This document shows, piece after piece, positions 1 through 13,812 of a DNA stretch of 64,000 nt. The stretch's first letter is position 1. Every line of letters starts with the position of its first letter. Position numbers and translations under genes: made by a program. The notes beneath the pieces were generated by a model. That model saw nothing but the letters and a program-made list of their open reading frames with translations. It was not told where the DNA came from and ran no database searches. The stretch is from Antedon mediterranea (taxonomy: Eukaryota > Animalia > Echinodermata), in contig NC_092673.1 of the NCBI RefSeq assembly GCF_964355755.1, positions 14,418,948-14,482,947 on the forward strand. Reading direction: 5' to 3'.

Positions 1-930
1 CAAATTGCGCCATTTTTCGCTAAAATAATTACATATAATTACGTTTTATAGTAATTTCTTTTATATATCAACATTGGAAATATCAATAAAATATGTTATT
101 AAATGTTTATAAAATATATAGAGTTGTTTATTTAACGGAATTCGTACAAATTCATTGCTCTAAATTTGTGTAGAGTACCGTTCAGTACAGAGAGATCACG
201 TGACTTCTTGGTACACGCGCACGAGAGAAAACATTCCGCTGTGGGTGTGATCGTGTCCACCCACCAATCCAAAATAGCCAGAATCCAAAATCTTTCAACC
301 GTGAGCTCTGCCGATCGCGGGAAAGCTCAGCTTTGATTGGCTTACGATGAAATCATATCACAAAATGGTGGTTTTGTAGTTGAGCCTCACGTAATTTTCA
401 CAAATATTGTTTCAAAAATGAAATAAATGAACCTTCTTTATGGTATGTGTGATTTTTCTTTAAAAGATTTGAATAATAAAGGCTTCATGTCGAGAAAAAA
501 ACATTTTTGTTGGCACTTATAATAAATATTTCTCAGAGAAAAAAGCACATGGCTTGTAGAACTATATTATCTTGGCGTAGGAAGACAAACAAATCCCAGG
601 TCATGAGAGGCTCAACTATAAAAACAAGGTTGAATAGTATAGAAGTGTAAGGACCGTTCGATGATTTTTGAGTAAACAATCTACCGTGTATCATGGTCGT
701 ACGCGGTAGATAGTACGATATTTTAACTACATTTTTTACATGTTTGGTTGGATGTAATGGAAATAAAAAATAGTTGATCTGATGGAATGATATGTAAATA
801 AACAAATACTCAAAAGAATTATGTTTACAGTTCAATTATTTTCAGAATAATAATACATAAAAATGTGTTTACCAATGGACAAATAATCGCGTCAATGACA
901 GAGCGCGCATGGTAACGTACGCGGAGTTGA
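1..930. repeat. Dispersed non-coding repeat, diverged inverted copy of 29440-30356
   Basis: CAAATTGCGC...CATTTTTCG..AAAATAATT at 1 matches the reverse complement of 30300-30356. Both copies contain the internal inverted motif TTTTGTAGTTGAGCCTC / GAGGCTCAACTA. The ORFs at 533-835 and 29673-29948 both read FNL(V/I)F(I/V)VEPLMT. Confidence 0.8.
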
Positions 931-1189
931 ATCGTAAAAAGTTTACATGCGCCCTCTGTAGTATGCGAAACGATCTATTTTTAGAAGTTTAAGTAGAGAT
1001 CATCACGCATCACCACCTCTCACAATGCTCTTTGATCGGCCGCCGTAACTTAACATCGCGCTCATTGTGATAAATTTCTGTTTTTATTTTTGGGGTTAGT
1101 GTAGCTTACTCTGTGCATACTAATATACACACAAATATGTCACACGAATTAAATATTGAACCTCTAAAAAAAGGGCACCCTTAAAATTT

Positions 1190-1235
1190 AGGGGGGGTCC
1201 GGACCCCGTGGACCCCCCCTCTGGATCCGCCCCAG
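1190..1235 (-). mobile_element. Terminal fragment of a GGGGCGGATCCAG-type MITE
   Basis: GGGGGGGTCCGGACCCCGTGGACCCCCCCTCTGGATCCGCCCC is the same end type as the 2670-3440 element. The partner end was not found. Confidence 0.5.
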
Positions 1236-2669
1236 CAATAACTGAATAAAGGTTCTCAATATTTTCAAATACAGCCTATTAGTATTATTATTTCAACTCA
1301 CTATTTACTTTTACTCCGTGTATATCACTTTAGTTCATTTGGGCTTCTGCTCTACATCACCACAACACAAATTACTTTCTTCTCCTGTACTGTTTAGTTT
1401 TCCATATAAATGTTCTCCTATCCTTTCCTTGCTCAACATAGCACTTCTCCTTCTCTGTCTCATATCTTTATCTATACTGTACTACCCTAATCCCTCATTC
1501 CACCACATACAACAATCTCATTCCTATCCATCAATCACCAATTCAAACACCGACTTAACGCTATACTTCTTATTCTTCTAGTTTTCACGCGGGAAAACCC
1601 AAACTTACCTGGATTCAAAAAATTTAGAAGAATTTAAAATTTAACCAACTTTCTACCAATGAAAGTGTCAAGCCAGAAAGTATCATAATTATTATAATCT
1701 ATTTTTTAAATAATAACGATGAATGATATATATATTTCCGATGTATACAAGAAAATAGCGGAATTGAAAAAGACCATTTGGCAGTCCCAAAACTACATGG
1801 ATAGGAAAAATAAAATAAAGACAAATAAAGTAAATACATTAATCGAAAGGTTAAATGAAAGGCCATTGGGCCACCGAAAGAGAATAATGGCAACGATTAG
1901 CGAACGTAAGACGAAAAGCGTACTATAGATGATGATAAAATCATTATAATTATTTTGAATTTTTTGTTTGATTTTGTGATGAAAAACAAATTATATAATA
2001 AACATCTGGTAGTAAAAAGAAACCCCGTACCCTTAATAGTAATATTGAATTAAATCGCATTACGTTAATGTGTACTGTATGACCGTATGGAGTAAATTTA
2101 GTGAAGGTAGTCTCAACTCATTTAGAGGAACGGGTTACGTAAACTATATTGAAGCTAATAAGGTGCAAACTTGATGTTTGTTACAAATACAATTCTCTCA
2201 TTTTATGATTTTATTTTGTAAACATTTTGTATGGGTCGAACCTCTTGTTCCTCCGTTTTAAAAGAGAGTAACCAATAAATATTATTATTATTATGAATAG
2301 TGAAGGAACTCCATTCTTTATTATAATTAATTAATTGAGTTTAAAAACATATGCAATGTACTTACACAGCGTTGGTGCGAATTAGTCGAATATTTTCGTA
2401 TTTTCTGTATGTATTGTTATATCTTGTTTACTAATTAAATTAAATTGAGTTTGATAATTAGTTAATGACATTTAAAACGAATTTAGGTTCAACGATTTGC
2501 CCAAATAGGGGTGTTTTCCGATCGTGGAATACATTGTTTATGGATGTCCATCTTGGAAAATGCCCGCACACAACAATACGAGGATGCTTCTCATTTTCCT
2601 ATCTCCTCCTATGAGAATTTTTTTTAATAGCTGAAAACTGGTTGAACAGCTCGAGTACAGCATCATAAT

Positions 2670-3440
2670 CAGGGGCGGTCGCAGGACTATTTTAAGAAGG
2701 TTGCCCAGAGACTTCAGGGTTGTAGACACTGAGTATTTGAGCAAGCAAATTGTTAAATGACACCCCTAGATGGCCACAAAGGGTACTCGCGTACGTTAAA
2801 TTCATGATAAATCTCACCCACCTCTAGTTCGCCGGAAATATCACTATAGTGCGCTAGCAAACAGAGGATTGTAGGCTATATTATTCCGCCGGTAATAAAA
2901 CATAGGCTACGTGACTAATTTTTTTCAGTAAATTACCCAATGGTTTATTCAAAGTACACTGTAACTAATCCCTTACAATTCAATCAAAATGTTATTATTA
3001 TACTACTATAATATTGTTGGAAAATGGATTGCGTAGTGATATGAAAATATATTGATAGTAAAATGGGACAAAGTTACGTTCTTGTCTGGTTATTAGGTAT
3101 TCATGCTGTGATGAAGCGGAGGATTATTTTTGTAGCGTTCCATTTAAAATAAATTTTGTTACAAAGAAATATTTTGGTTGTGAAGGTCGTTAAATTCATT
3201 GGCGCCAGCATCACTTCTTTTACCAATTTTAACAAAAAGCTAACATCAAAACATTTAACAATGATAAAATGCCCTGCAACTCTGTAACTACTTATGACTA
3301 AGCCTATAAAGTTCTGGGTCCGGATGGATTGTATACGATGAAATGAGACTCAATTTTAATTTAGTGGCAGAAACAGCATTTAGTATGAAATTAAGGGTAT
3401 TTCCCGGGCCACTTGGCCAACATCCCTGGGTCCGCCCCTG
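2670..3440. mobile_element. Non-autonomous TIR element (MITE) with 5-bp TSD ATAAT
   Basis: Left end CAGGGGCGGTCGCAGG; right end reverse complement CAGGGGCGGACCCAGG; ATAAT at 2665-2669 and 3441-3445. Confidence 0.8.
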
Positions 3441-3744
3441 ATAATGTTGAAGAAAGGTCGATTTTTTTATTAAAAAAATACTATTTTGATAGATACGTTT
3501 ATACAAATGTATTGTTTTGCGATGAATGGAACATTCCAATCTGTATTTTGAAGCTTCAAATTCCTCGGTTATAGGGCGCATTATTTCGACAAATGCTTAG
3601 ATTAGAACAGGGAGATGTAAAATATCTCCCTGATTAGAAATAGTGTCGGGTGTTGTACAGTATGCAGAACAGTAAACTTTAATCAAATAATTATCGTGGA
3701 GTATAATAATAGGCATCATGCAGTTAAACTAAGTCTCATTTGAG

Positions 3745-3860
3745 GCTTAGCGAGTGTAGTTTAAAGAGTGTGAGTTCTAACCATATATGGCACTATGTCA
3801 GGATTGAACCCGACCTTGGGGTTGGAAGGCAAACACCAACCTCCATGATACAGCTCCACT
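3745..3860 (-). mobile_element. tRNA-derived SINE head (degenerate)
   Basis: Minus strand reads GGAGCTGTATCATGGAGG...GGTCGGGTTCAATCCTGAC, with a Pol III B-box (GGTTCAATCC) but no intact cloverleaf. Confidence 0.5.
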
Positions 3861-4524
3861 CTATGACTGTCAATGGTGAAAACATAACGGCACACAACAT
3901 AACATAAACATGCTTCGTAGTTTCTTTTCTCAAACTATACAATTTGGTTTTTAAATACTCCTGTAAACAGATTGATTACATCATTTTACAGACAAACGAA
4001 ACTGTTTAGTATGCGCTTTCATATATAAATAGGCCTAAGTGAATAAAAATATACATATTTGTGTTTTCATTGACGAGGTTGTAATAGTAATTTCGGTAAC
4101 TATTACAGTAGTCCTATATATTTTTTATACGACACAAGACACGTGTATCTGGGTACGTATATTTATTAGAAAAAATAAGTCTAGATAGATCGCTTAGGCG
4201 TCATCCCACGGCCCAACAAATCAGTACTCATGACAGAAATTCGATCCAGTTTTGTTCACACAAGTTTCCATGAATTTTAACAGCGCAACCGATGATTATC
4301 CCTAAATATTCAGCAAACTGTCTGATAATCCCTAGCTTAATAAGAGGTAGACTACAGTTTAATTTGTTACTAAATAAGAGCTAGCGTTTCCGATCGCCGA
4401 ATTTCTTACTGTATTTATTTAGTGTGGTTCTTATACTGTATAAATACAATCAACTTTATTACTGCGGTTCCATCACCACCACCCCGTGCCGCCCAATCCC
4501 CAATTTCCATTTCTCCTCAATTTC

Positions 4525-4830
4525 TTGAGAAAAAAAGAACAAATATAGGACAGAGAAGTATTGCCTATAGAGGGGCAAATATTTGGAACCGTTTGCCTGA
4601 AAACAAAGTTTAAAAAAAGAGAAATTTTTAAAAAGAAATACAAAAACTAATACTCACTCATGTAGAGTTCACTTTTGTTACTTTTTATTTCTATTTGATT
4701 TTTACTTTTATTGCTAATTTTTGCTAATTAGATACGGTATTATTTAAAGGGTAATGTGTTTATAAGAGCTTCGGCTCGTTGCATAACCCATTTTGTATCA
4801 AAATACCATGTTTTCCGTTCATTATGATTT
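4525..4830 (+). mobile_element. 3' end of an L2/CR1-group LINE
   Basis: RTNIGQRSIAYRGANIWNRLPE is a typical C-terminal motif of CR1/L2-clade ORF2 proteins, followed by an AT-rich 3' UTR. Confidence 0.7.
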
Positions 4831-5449
4831 AGATTAAACTTATAGAAATATTCTCGTAAAAGAAATACTGTATATTATATATATATACACTATATTCTGG
4901 TCATACAAAAATGGTACGTCTAGAGTAGTAGTACCGCAAATATCTAGTTAATAAGTTATAAACAGTGTAATTGGATTGACTGTAATATAGTAGTAAACGT
5001 TTTATAATCGAAAGCGCCAGCTTGTACTTCTAGTCAACCAGTCAATCTAATGATATAGACAAGTTCTATTTCCTCTGAAATATGGTGTAAGAAGCATTTT
5101 TGGGTAGAAGCTGGGATCCACTTGATTTAGGATATTTTGACCTCGCTGATTACGAATATGGCGGATCCCAAGCGAAATTCGGTCATATGGAAACAATGAA
5201 TAGTCTAACACATCCAACTCACTGAATGTCCAGTAGGCCTACATTCTAGATGGTAGTGCTCTACTGCACAGCATTCCATGGAATAGTGTAGAGACTTATG
5301 ATGCGATCTGTAAAAAATATTGCTCTGCCATCATAGTCTTTGATAATTATGAAAGCGGCTCATCCACCAAAGACGGCGCACATTGTAAGGCGGGTCAGGT
5401 GGTAGTGTCCCTGTACATTTTACCAGTGATATGTTCCACAAAATAGGAT

Positions 5450-6220
5450 CACTTTCTGTAACAAACAACAATTTATAAATCTTCGTAATTAGTATTTGAA
5501 CAAAATGGCAATGAGTGAATGCAGCTGCTGATAGTAGTATAGTACAAAAAACCATTGAATCAGCAAACAGGAAAACATCTGTCATTATCCGATGACACGG
5601 ATCTATCTAGTGCTCCTCTGCAGTCAAGCATTTAAAACATCTTGTGATATTCTTTAGACTGGAACTGAGATACTGGATTATCAAACTGGTTCAAATAGTA
5701 CTTTTGAGAGACATCTGTGATAACCTTCTGTTTGCTCATGCGATACTGGTGACAAAACATCCAGAGCTCTAAAAAAAAGCTTGTCATTGCACTTATTTCT
5801 GACGTTATGCTGTATTCTTCAGATGCAAACAAGCTACAACGGATGACATTGTGGTTGCTAGAGAAAACGATTTAGTGTGTCTGTACAATGGACGACCTGG
5901 ACAACGTGGAATGCCTTTGACTCCATCCCATCTACAAGTACAACCTCGCATATATAACTTCATAATCGTACCACAACCAAGGTACATAACATCATGTTCA
6001 AGTTCAAGTTATCTTTTAGCAATGGAGTGGGGTTGATATGTGTTCCGAGGATTGGGGATGGAAGATCAGATGATGGAAACATGGTTCCTCTACACACAGA
6101 CTTAAAGCCAGCACCTGAGTATCTCCTTGAAGCCTTCAGGGGTAACTATAACTACATGTGGTGAATGCAACGGCATTGCACTGTACTGATACCCGAACAA
6201 GAAAGTGATACTGATGACAT
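5450..6220 (+). pseudogene. Degenerate Academ XPG-like nuclease and C-terminal Cys-finger region
   Basis: Frameshifted pieces DDTDL-LVLLC, DDIVVARENDLVCLYNG, EWG, WGWK-DGNMVPLHTDLKPAPEYLLE and TCGECNGIA are the same domain type as 23143-25200. Confidence 0.65.
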
Positions 6221-6239
6221 AGTCCTTTTCTATTTTAAA

Positions 6240-7110
6240 CAATATCATCCCACACGGGGCAATTCAAATAAAAAGGTCTGGATTAAAATGATCTTACAAA
6301 ATATACAAAAATATCACAATACACAGTACAATATAACAAGAGTCAAAGTTCAAGAATTTCAGAGTCGGGTGGCAACTGGCAAAAAAGAATTTCCTTTACG
6401 ATGTGTTCTACATGCCGGCCATCGAAAGCGACGCCCATGAGGCATGAGCTCGAAATCACTGAACAAGGCATGGTTAACACTTTTTAGAATAGCTCTACTT
6501 TTTTTTTTTTGAGTTTGCATACAGTCACAGAAGGAAGATAAGCTACGAAGTTGACAACCTATTAATTTAGAACTTAAATTAACAATTCTTTGTAGTGAGT
6601 TTCTCTCTTTGACCCTAAGACTAAAAAACCAACATATAAAGTAAAACAGTTAAAACGTTCTCAATAAAGGAATTATAAAAAAAACCTGAGAATTACTTTA
6701 TCGACATTAAAATGGTTCAGCTTCCTTATAATTTAACAGATAAAGTCTCGATTGGTGCCCTTTCTTTACTATTGCCTCTGTATTTAATTCCCAGCTGAGA
6801 TTGTCCTAGGTATTTAAAGGAATGGACAATTTTGCTGGTTCGTCATTTATGAGGGATACCAGAGGGCTGCGTCCTTTCTCCTTCCTAAAATGTACAATCA
6901 TCTCCTTGGTTTTGGTCACATTGAGTTCCATCTAATGCGGAACCATGACGGTCCTGTAAATTTTTAAGGAGTGACAGCATGACAGTGTCGTCAGCAAATT
7001 TGAAAAGATGACTATTGAATTGTCCTGTTTGCTGCGACAGTCATCCGTGTATGTAATATACAGGAGAGGAGAGAGGACAACCCTGGGGAAATCCAATACT
7101 TGTTATTACG
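6240..7110 (-). mobile_element. 5'-truncated Rex1/Babar-like (CR1 group) LINE, degenerate RT
   Basis: Minus-strand motifs GFPQGCPLS, LFKFADD, ELNVTKTKEMIVHFR and FKYLG; 3' tail near 6245. Confidence 0.75.
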
Positions 7111-7149
7111 TACATTCGTTGATACTAAAATCATAAAAAATCTATCTAT

Positions 7150-8125
7150 AGTAAATCATGAGTAGATTCCAAATTATCAAGACTCATTAATTAATCAGCA
7201 ATAGTACATACCGCTAATGAATTTCAATGTTCTTCTAGCTAGCATCATTTTTCCTATTTCATGACGATACAATAGGTACAGGAAAACATTATTTGCACCA
7301 AATACTTCCAATATATATATAAACATAATTTAGTTTTACGCTATTTTAAGAAAATTTGAGTTTTCGTAAAAGGTCACTGACCTCTATAGTTATATAACAA
7401 CTGTTTAATTAGTTTTTAGAGTAAGAAATACATGTTATACACATTTTTAGTTATTTAGATGTTATTGGCAGGCATAAATGTTACCTCTAAACACAAGTTT
7501 CATCAAATGCATCGGCAATTATGGAATAAGACATTGCAGTTAATAATTATTTTTGTTAGGAAAAATTTAAGTTTTTGTAAAAGGTCAATGACCTTTTGAC
7601 TTCTAGTTACGTATTACTGTTATATTAATTGTTTTTTTTAATGTATATTAGTAGGATATATATACTATACACATTGGTACTAAAGCTATTTAGATATGAT
7701 TATAAAACAATGGATTATAGGCATAAACGCTACCCCCTACCACAAAATTGTTTACATTACATTTGATCAAGAATCAATTTCAATAAGAATAGTACATCAT
7801 TACTTTTAAAATTTTTCTAGTTAACATCATGTTTCCTATTTTATATATCGATAGGTACAGAAAAAACACAGTTTTGATTAAATGCATCCACAATTATGGC
7901 ATACGATATTACAGTTAATCAATTTTTTTATGGACAAAATGAGTTTTTGTAAAAGGTCAATAACCGTTTGACCTCTAGTTATATAAATAGGTGTTGTATT
8001 TTGTTTTTTTAAATTGCATATTAGAAAGAAATATATATTCTACACATTGATATCAAGATTATTGAGATTGGATTATAAAACCACAAATTATGGGCATAAA
8101 TGTTACCCCCTACCCCAAAAATATT
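7150..8125. repeat. Diverged subterminal direct repeats within the old Academ element
   Basis: Variants of AGTTTT(T/C)GTAAAAGGTCA at about 7340, 7570 and 7940, with recurring GGCATAAA(T/C)G(T/C)TACC blocks. Confidence 0.7.
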
Positions 8126-8130
8126 TACGG

Positions 8131-10060
8131 AATCAATCAATCAATTTATTTGGAAATTGCACCTTTGCATCGGTGGCACACACAGGAAGTGGTGCATCCA
8201 TATTGAACACAATTAACATAAAATGACGGATACGGATACTTAAGCTAATTTAAATTAAAATTAGTACTCTATACTGTAGCAATATTTGTCTGACATGAGT
8301 TGATACATTTTAGTTAAATATATTTATATATATATACATAAAGAGGAAGTAGTAACAAAAATATTTGTTGATGAGGATATTAAAATTATCATGATAGTTA
8401 ATATTGAAATGGTTTCATATACAGTATAGTAATAACAATTATACATAGTGATACAAAATAATATATAAAAAATACATTCACATAAAATCATAAGTTAATA
8501 CGGAAAAAAAAAAAAAAAAAAACTTAACTATACTACTATACTTAACTAAAAAAGCCAAAAGAAAACGTTGGTAAGTAAATATATTTAATGTAAGGTATAG
8601 CCTGTTAATCATTACTGTATTTGTAGTTATACATTAGTAGTACCAGACTACTACAGTTTAGTGATAACAATAATTATTAATACATGATACAAAATAATAT
8701 ATATATAAATACATTCACATTCACAAAAAAAAAAAAAAAAAAAAAAACTTAAGTATGCTATACTTAACTAAAAAAATTCTTTATTTCGTTACTCTATTTA
8801 CAGTTATACATTAGTAGTACCAGACTGGTATTTAAATCTTTAACATTTTGGTACGTGAAGCCCATGCTTGTTTTATATAGCTTTTGCAAAACATGTCAAA
8901 TATTTCATTTACTTTATTAACAATTACTGGTTGCGTCCCAGTAGGAAGGCTAGTGTCACTTCCTAGGGTTAGTTTTAGTTTTAATACTGGGTTACCTAGT
9001 AGAAAGTACAACCAGAATGTATATAGATTACTATTATATAGGTTATGCTCAAGTTTACAATATTCCGTTGAGCGTAGATCATCAAAATATTTGCATTTGA
9101 ACATAAAATGTATAATGTCTTCTTTATCATTTTTACATATAGGACATGTACCATCATTATCTTCTTCCCATATAGATTTCTTAAGGTTAAGTGCAAGTGT
9201 ATTTGATCTTGCCTTAAATTTAAGACTTGCCCCTAAGAAATCTAATTTATCTAAAAGATACGGTTCTATATATGGTGTGGATTTAAGTGTGACATAATTC
9301 ATCAATGAAGTTTTCTTTCTGGCTTGGTCAAAAATTTGGATACCATCAATACTTTTAATTATACTTTTTGAAATGATTACCCATTGATTGTTAGTATCTG
9401 TCGTTAATTTAAACCTGTGGCTCATTCCACACAAGTCTAGAGTATTTTGCATATGGTTGTACCATTTCCACTTAAATGTAGACGTATGACCAATGAATAG
9501 CATTGCACTAAAAGCCAATTTGGGCCATCGACTCATATCCATCTTTACTAAACGATTTAAGAAGTCAATTCGTTGCATGTCTTGAATAGTTGAAATAGAC
9601 TTCCAACCTAGATCACCGTACAAAGCTTCCTTACAAGTTGTACGTGGTGCTTTGAGTATTGCCTTTGCCATTTGGGTTTGTAATTTTTCAAGATTTTGAA
9701 TATCACTTATACCACCACAGACATATGTAGAGCACGCATAGTTAATTGAAGGAAGACCCAGAGTCTTCCACAACAAATCTCCATAAAACACTCTGTTATA
9801 ATCATCTTGATCATTAATAATTGACTTTATATACGCTATAATTCTATATCCCTTCTTAATAACCTCTTCAATATGACAGTGATCGGAAAGAGATCTTGTA
9901 ATATGGGATCCTAAATATTTGTAACTATTAACTTCTGAAATATAATGATCACTTAATGGCCATAATCTCTGTTTGTCTGTTCTTTTTCCAGTAATTAAAA
10001 CATTGGATTTCTCATAGTTGAATTCTAATTTGTAGTCATTACTAAAATCGCTATAATAGT
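8131..10060 (-). mobile_element. 5'-truncated non-LTR retrotransposon (RTE-X-like) with (TTGA)n tail
   Basis: RT thumb and C-terminal region followed by a 3' UTR with an internal duplication (about 8420-8650 vs 8655-8828). It ends AATAAATTGATTGATTGATT on the minus strand at about 8131. Confidence 0.85.
8832..10050 (-). CDS. C-terminal part of LINE ORF2 (RT thumb plus CCHC zinc finger), open frame but 5'-truncated
   Basis: The frame extends upstream of the listed ORF as LEFNYEKSNVL...NSYKYLG, then EALYGDLGW and CPICKNDKEDIIHFMFKC. Confidence 0.85.
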
Positions 10061-10915
10061 TGTTGAGATTACGTAAAAAATAATAATGTGTTCCAAAGCT
10101 TAAATTTTCGGTGACTTTGATGTCATTCTAAAGTACATTTGGAATGAAAAAATCAATGTTTCGTTACTATTGCAATTTGTGGTGGGTTTACCTCTAAATA
10201 TCACTAGATTGACTGGACTATAGGTGCGTATGAGTAGTCGACTGCACTCTCTAATATCTCTACGCATGGATGGCTTTCGATTCGCACGTGAACAAATTCG
10301 CCTTATGCGCGCCATGCAAATCGGTGGTGGTATAATAGGCCAGCTAGAGAGAGAGGAGTAGTCGAGTCACATGGTTTGATGATGGATGATGGATGGTGGT
10401 GGTGGCGCGCGCCTAATACGTGAAGAATTAAAGCATGCAGGCATAGATTCGGAGCTAGAAAGGAGCAATATTTTTTGGGTTTGTTTGATCACGTCACTGG
10501 GCTCTCCACCATCAACATGCAGTAAGCAATCCAAGAAAGAATATAGGCTAGGCCTAGCTACAGTATCACACTCACACAGGCAGTAGAGTAGTATTCTTTA
10601 CTCCATGAGTAGGCTACTGTCATCCAAACAAACACAGAAAAGTACACACCGACAGACTCGCCTCCCAGTGCAGTGTCCACCACCATCGCACCATGTAGTG
10701 CTGAAAACAGAAGAATGAAGAAAAAGAGAGGTAGGCCTATGTATGTACATATTTAACAATTTATGTTGCTTTTTGTTGAGGCTTTTGATAAGGGCGGGAG
10801 CCTCTCAGAATAAGTTGACGCGTCGGACCGTCGGCCACGCGCTGCTATTAGTATTAACCTGGATGAATAACCATAAACGTCAGCGACGTGCCGGAATTCC
10901 ATACCAATGGGTTAA

Positions 10916-12124
10916 CCCATTGACCCCTAAGTTTATTTTGCTCCCCTGGGACCCAAAAAGCATATGTCATATAATTAACCCTAACTTTTTTTCTAAACAC
11001 AGACATTAAAAAAATTAAAAAACAAAAATAATGCAAAGGACATTTTATTTCCAAATATGTTATCAAATTTGTGTTACAACTTATTTTGGCGGAGTATGGA
11101 TTATGCAAATTTTAGAAATATTTTAGGAAAATTATTAAAAATTTGTAATTTATCTTTGACTACCAAATGCACAAAAATTAATAAATATTTCATAATAAAA
11201 CTCATCTCTTCATCAGAACCTATTTCTTCTCTTCAAAATAAGACCAAACTTGACCATTATGAAGAAATTAGTAGACTGACTCATCCGACGATGACCATAT
11301 GGGGCCTAGGCCTATCGGGAGCCGCCCCGAGAGCGTCCTCGCCGCTGTTTGTTCACCGGGAATGTTAAAAAAAACATCCCGAAAGCGACTTGGAATTCGC
11401 GATTCTCGCGCGCACCGGCATCCCTCGGGAGCTTAGTCCGCTGTTTTAGACGTGTAGCTTGCAGAAAATTTGACGAAAATGCGTCGAAAACTTATGAAAT
11501 TAAAACAAGTTTGGTATCAAAATGTTTGTCAAAAGTTATGCTTCAATAAACTGACCTTTGCGCAGAGTTTGAACAAATATTTCATGCCCATAATGCATCT
11601 GACATGTCAGGGTTCATATTACAATCAAAGGTAAACAATATGGCGCGGCCCTCGTGAGGACATCTTCACGACTTTTCTCCGGTAGAAAAATCACAATTTT
11701 ACATGGAAATATGACGATTTAGACACTGTAACTGATACATAATCTTTATTTGTTATACATTTATTGTATACAAGCTTCAAAATAGTGATTATTAGAAATA
11801 AAGATGGATTTTAGACGATTTTACGTTGTATGTTTAGGCCTATTTTCATTCAACGCGCCTGTCGCGTTTCGAACAGCGTGCTTCGAAAAACGGTTATATT
11901 TTCGAATTTTATTTTCAAACTAACTTCAACAATTGTTTTTATATATTTAGAAGCATATTTTTTTAAAAAAAGTTGTGAGTATTTTGTATAATTTGTTGTT
12001 ACGATTCATGCACAGCAAACTGCGCATGTAAATTCGATTTACTTTTTTGTTGTTGATAATTTGTTTACAATGACCTTGACTTTTAACCTTTTGAGCGCTT
12101 TAAGCGCTTATCGTGGTGAATCGG
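10916..12124. mobile_element. piggyBac-like non-autonomous element (TTAA|CC...GG|TTAA)
   Basis: TTAA|CCCATTGACCCCTAAG at 10912-10931; right end reverse complement CCGATTCACCACGATAAG followed by TTAA at 12125-12128. The TIR is imperfect. Confidence 0.45.
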
Positions 12125-12440
12125 TTAAGACAGCCATAGAATTGTTCTTTGTTGGTTATTAACGACTGATGGTAGTGTTTCACGCGGAGATCATGATATG
12201 TTTATTCACGTTGATCTGAACAAAACAACAACATTTTGTTAAGGCTTTTTACTAACTAGCAATATTTCATGAAAAATTTAAAGGCATTGAATTCACTTTA
12301 TTTTAGCATAGTAAGAAAGGGTAGGATTATAGCTTTTATTTGCCACCTCCCTTAGTCAATTTGGACATTGGGTTCCAGAGTTATCGCAATTTGAAAATTT
12401 GAAAAATCATGATTTTTCGTTAATCTTATATATGAGGAAT

Positions 12441-13812
12441 CTGGGGTAGCACTAACATTTCATTTTGTTTAGCCATTTGGCGAAAGTCAAAATATTTTTT
12501 TTAGTCAAATCAGTTTATCTATAGCCAAAATGGCTAAAGTCAAATTTTTTTATTTAGCCAAATGAATCGGTTTTTAGCCAAAATTTAAAATTGTTGAAAT
12601 ATAATGGTAAAAACATTTTAATCAATTTATCTATGTCAACAGGTCTATACACTGTTCCCTGAACATTTTTGTAAGGTATTGAGATAAAGAACCATGCCTA
12701 AATCACTCTGTATGATTAAAAAAAAAAAAATTCTTTTTGTATTTTTTTTACATGATCAAAACAAATTGTTCAAATTGTTTTTAATCATACAGCATTCATA
12801 CAGTTATCAATTTAATAAGAAACATTTTAAATTTTTCTGAAATCCCCTGAACGCTATGTTACTTTTGTTTTTACGCTTGGCTGGTCATTTGTGTGTGACG
12901 GTTTCCATCGCGTACCAGGCGAAAATCGTGTCCTAGACTTCACGGTCACTCAGCATCACCGCCGCGCAGCGGGTTAATGTTTTTAAATTGGGTATGCTCA
13001 AGAGGTGCGAAAGTGCAGAACCGCCGGCCTAGGCCTACAAAATCATGTACAACAACGGTATATCAAGGCTGCGCCGAAGCGTTTCTGGCATGCAGGGTGA
13101 GAAATTTATCCCGATTATTTATTTACACACAACACAACACAGAAGCCGGTGGCCGACACCCCGCTCAGATGCACGTGTGTGTTTAGCTAAATCCCCGTTA
13201 GACTCTACCATTTCCCGCATGTTGTTTTGTTTACACTGACGCACGAGGGAAGTTTATTACGGGTAAAATATGAAACTACATTAAATTGAAAGACTCTAAA
13301 ATGCATAACGCATACATTTTTGATTTCGATAAGATTAAATTCATCGAAGATACTATAATGTTTCTTTTTAATCTGAAAAGTACACCCCTATCGAAAAATA
13401 GACAATCCCGGTAATTAGCCGACCGTTGGCTACGTAGTCGTTTGTGCAGCGCACAACACGCGATAGTTTGGGTAGACTTCATCATCCATGTGTCGTGTAA
13501 CGTCTGTCTCTCTGTGCAGTCTACCTCTGCTATCTCCATCTTTTTGAAATAACAAAGAGACGCCTGGTACAACAAAACAAGTTGACAAAAAATGGAGCTT
13601 GAAGTAAACAACGTGATAACGAACAAAATAAATGCTTGGAGATCGACAAATGGACCTTTTAGTTGGACTTTATGCTTTCGCCAAAATGATTATTTAATTA
13701 TCTATTTTATCATATGTCATCGCCAAAATGGCTAAAGTAGCCGTTTTATTTTTCGCCAATCTGGAAACGTTTTCGCCCATGGCGACTTGGCGATCGGCCA
13801 TTGCGAGCCTAG
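12441..13812. mobile_element. Non-autonomous hAT-like element with 5-bp TSD GGAAT
   Basis: Ends CTGGGGTAGCACT vs reverse complement CTAGGCTCGCAAT; GGAAT at 12436-12440 and 13813-13817; subterminal GCCAAAATGGCTAAAGT motifs near both ends. Confidence 0.65.

Larger units (their letters stand above)
5031..10220 (+). mobile_element. Old Academ DNA transposon, internally deleted and interrupted by two LINEs
   Basis: Ends TAGTCAACCAGTCAATCTAATGATAT (5031) and reverse complement TAGTCCAGTCAATCTAGTGATAT (10220) give TAG...CTA termini. It contains an XPG/Cys-finger coding remnant and subterminal repeats. No TSD is visible. Confidence 0.65.

Noticed and set aside
533-835. Similar ORFs at 533-835 and 29673-29948
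   Set aside because: The similarity comes from a non-coding dispersed repeat; frames are not conserved along its length.
3745-3860. Functional tRNA gene
   Set aside because: A B-box is present but there is no consistent acceptor or anticodon stem; it is treated as a SINE head.
8884-9297. 137-aa plus-strand ORF
   Set aside because: It is the antisense shadow of the LINE ORF2.
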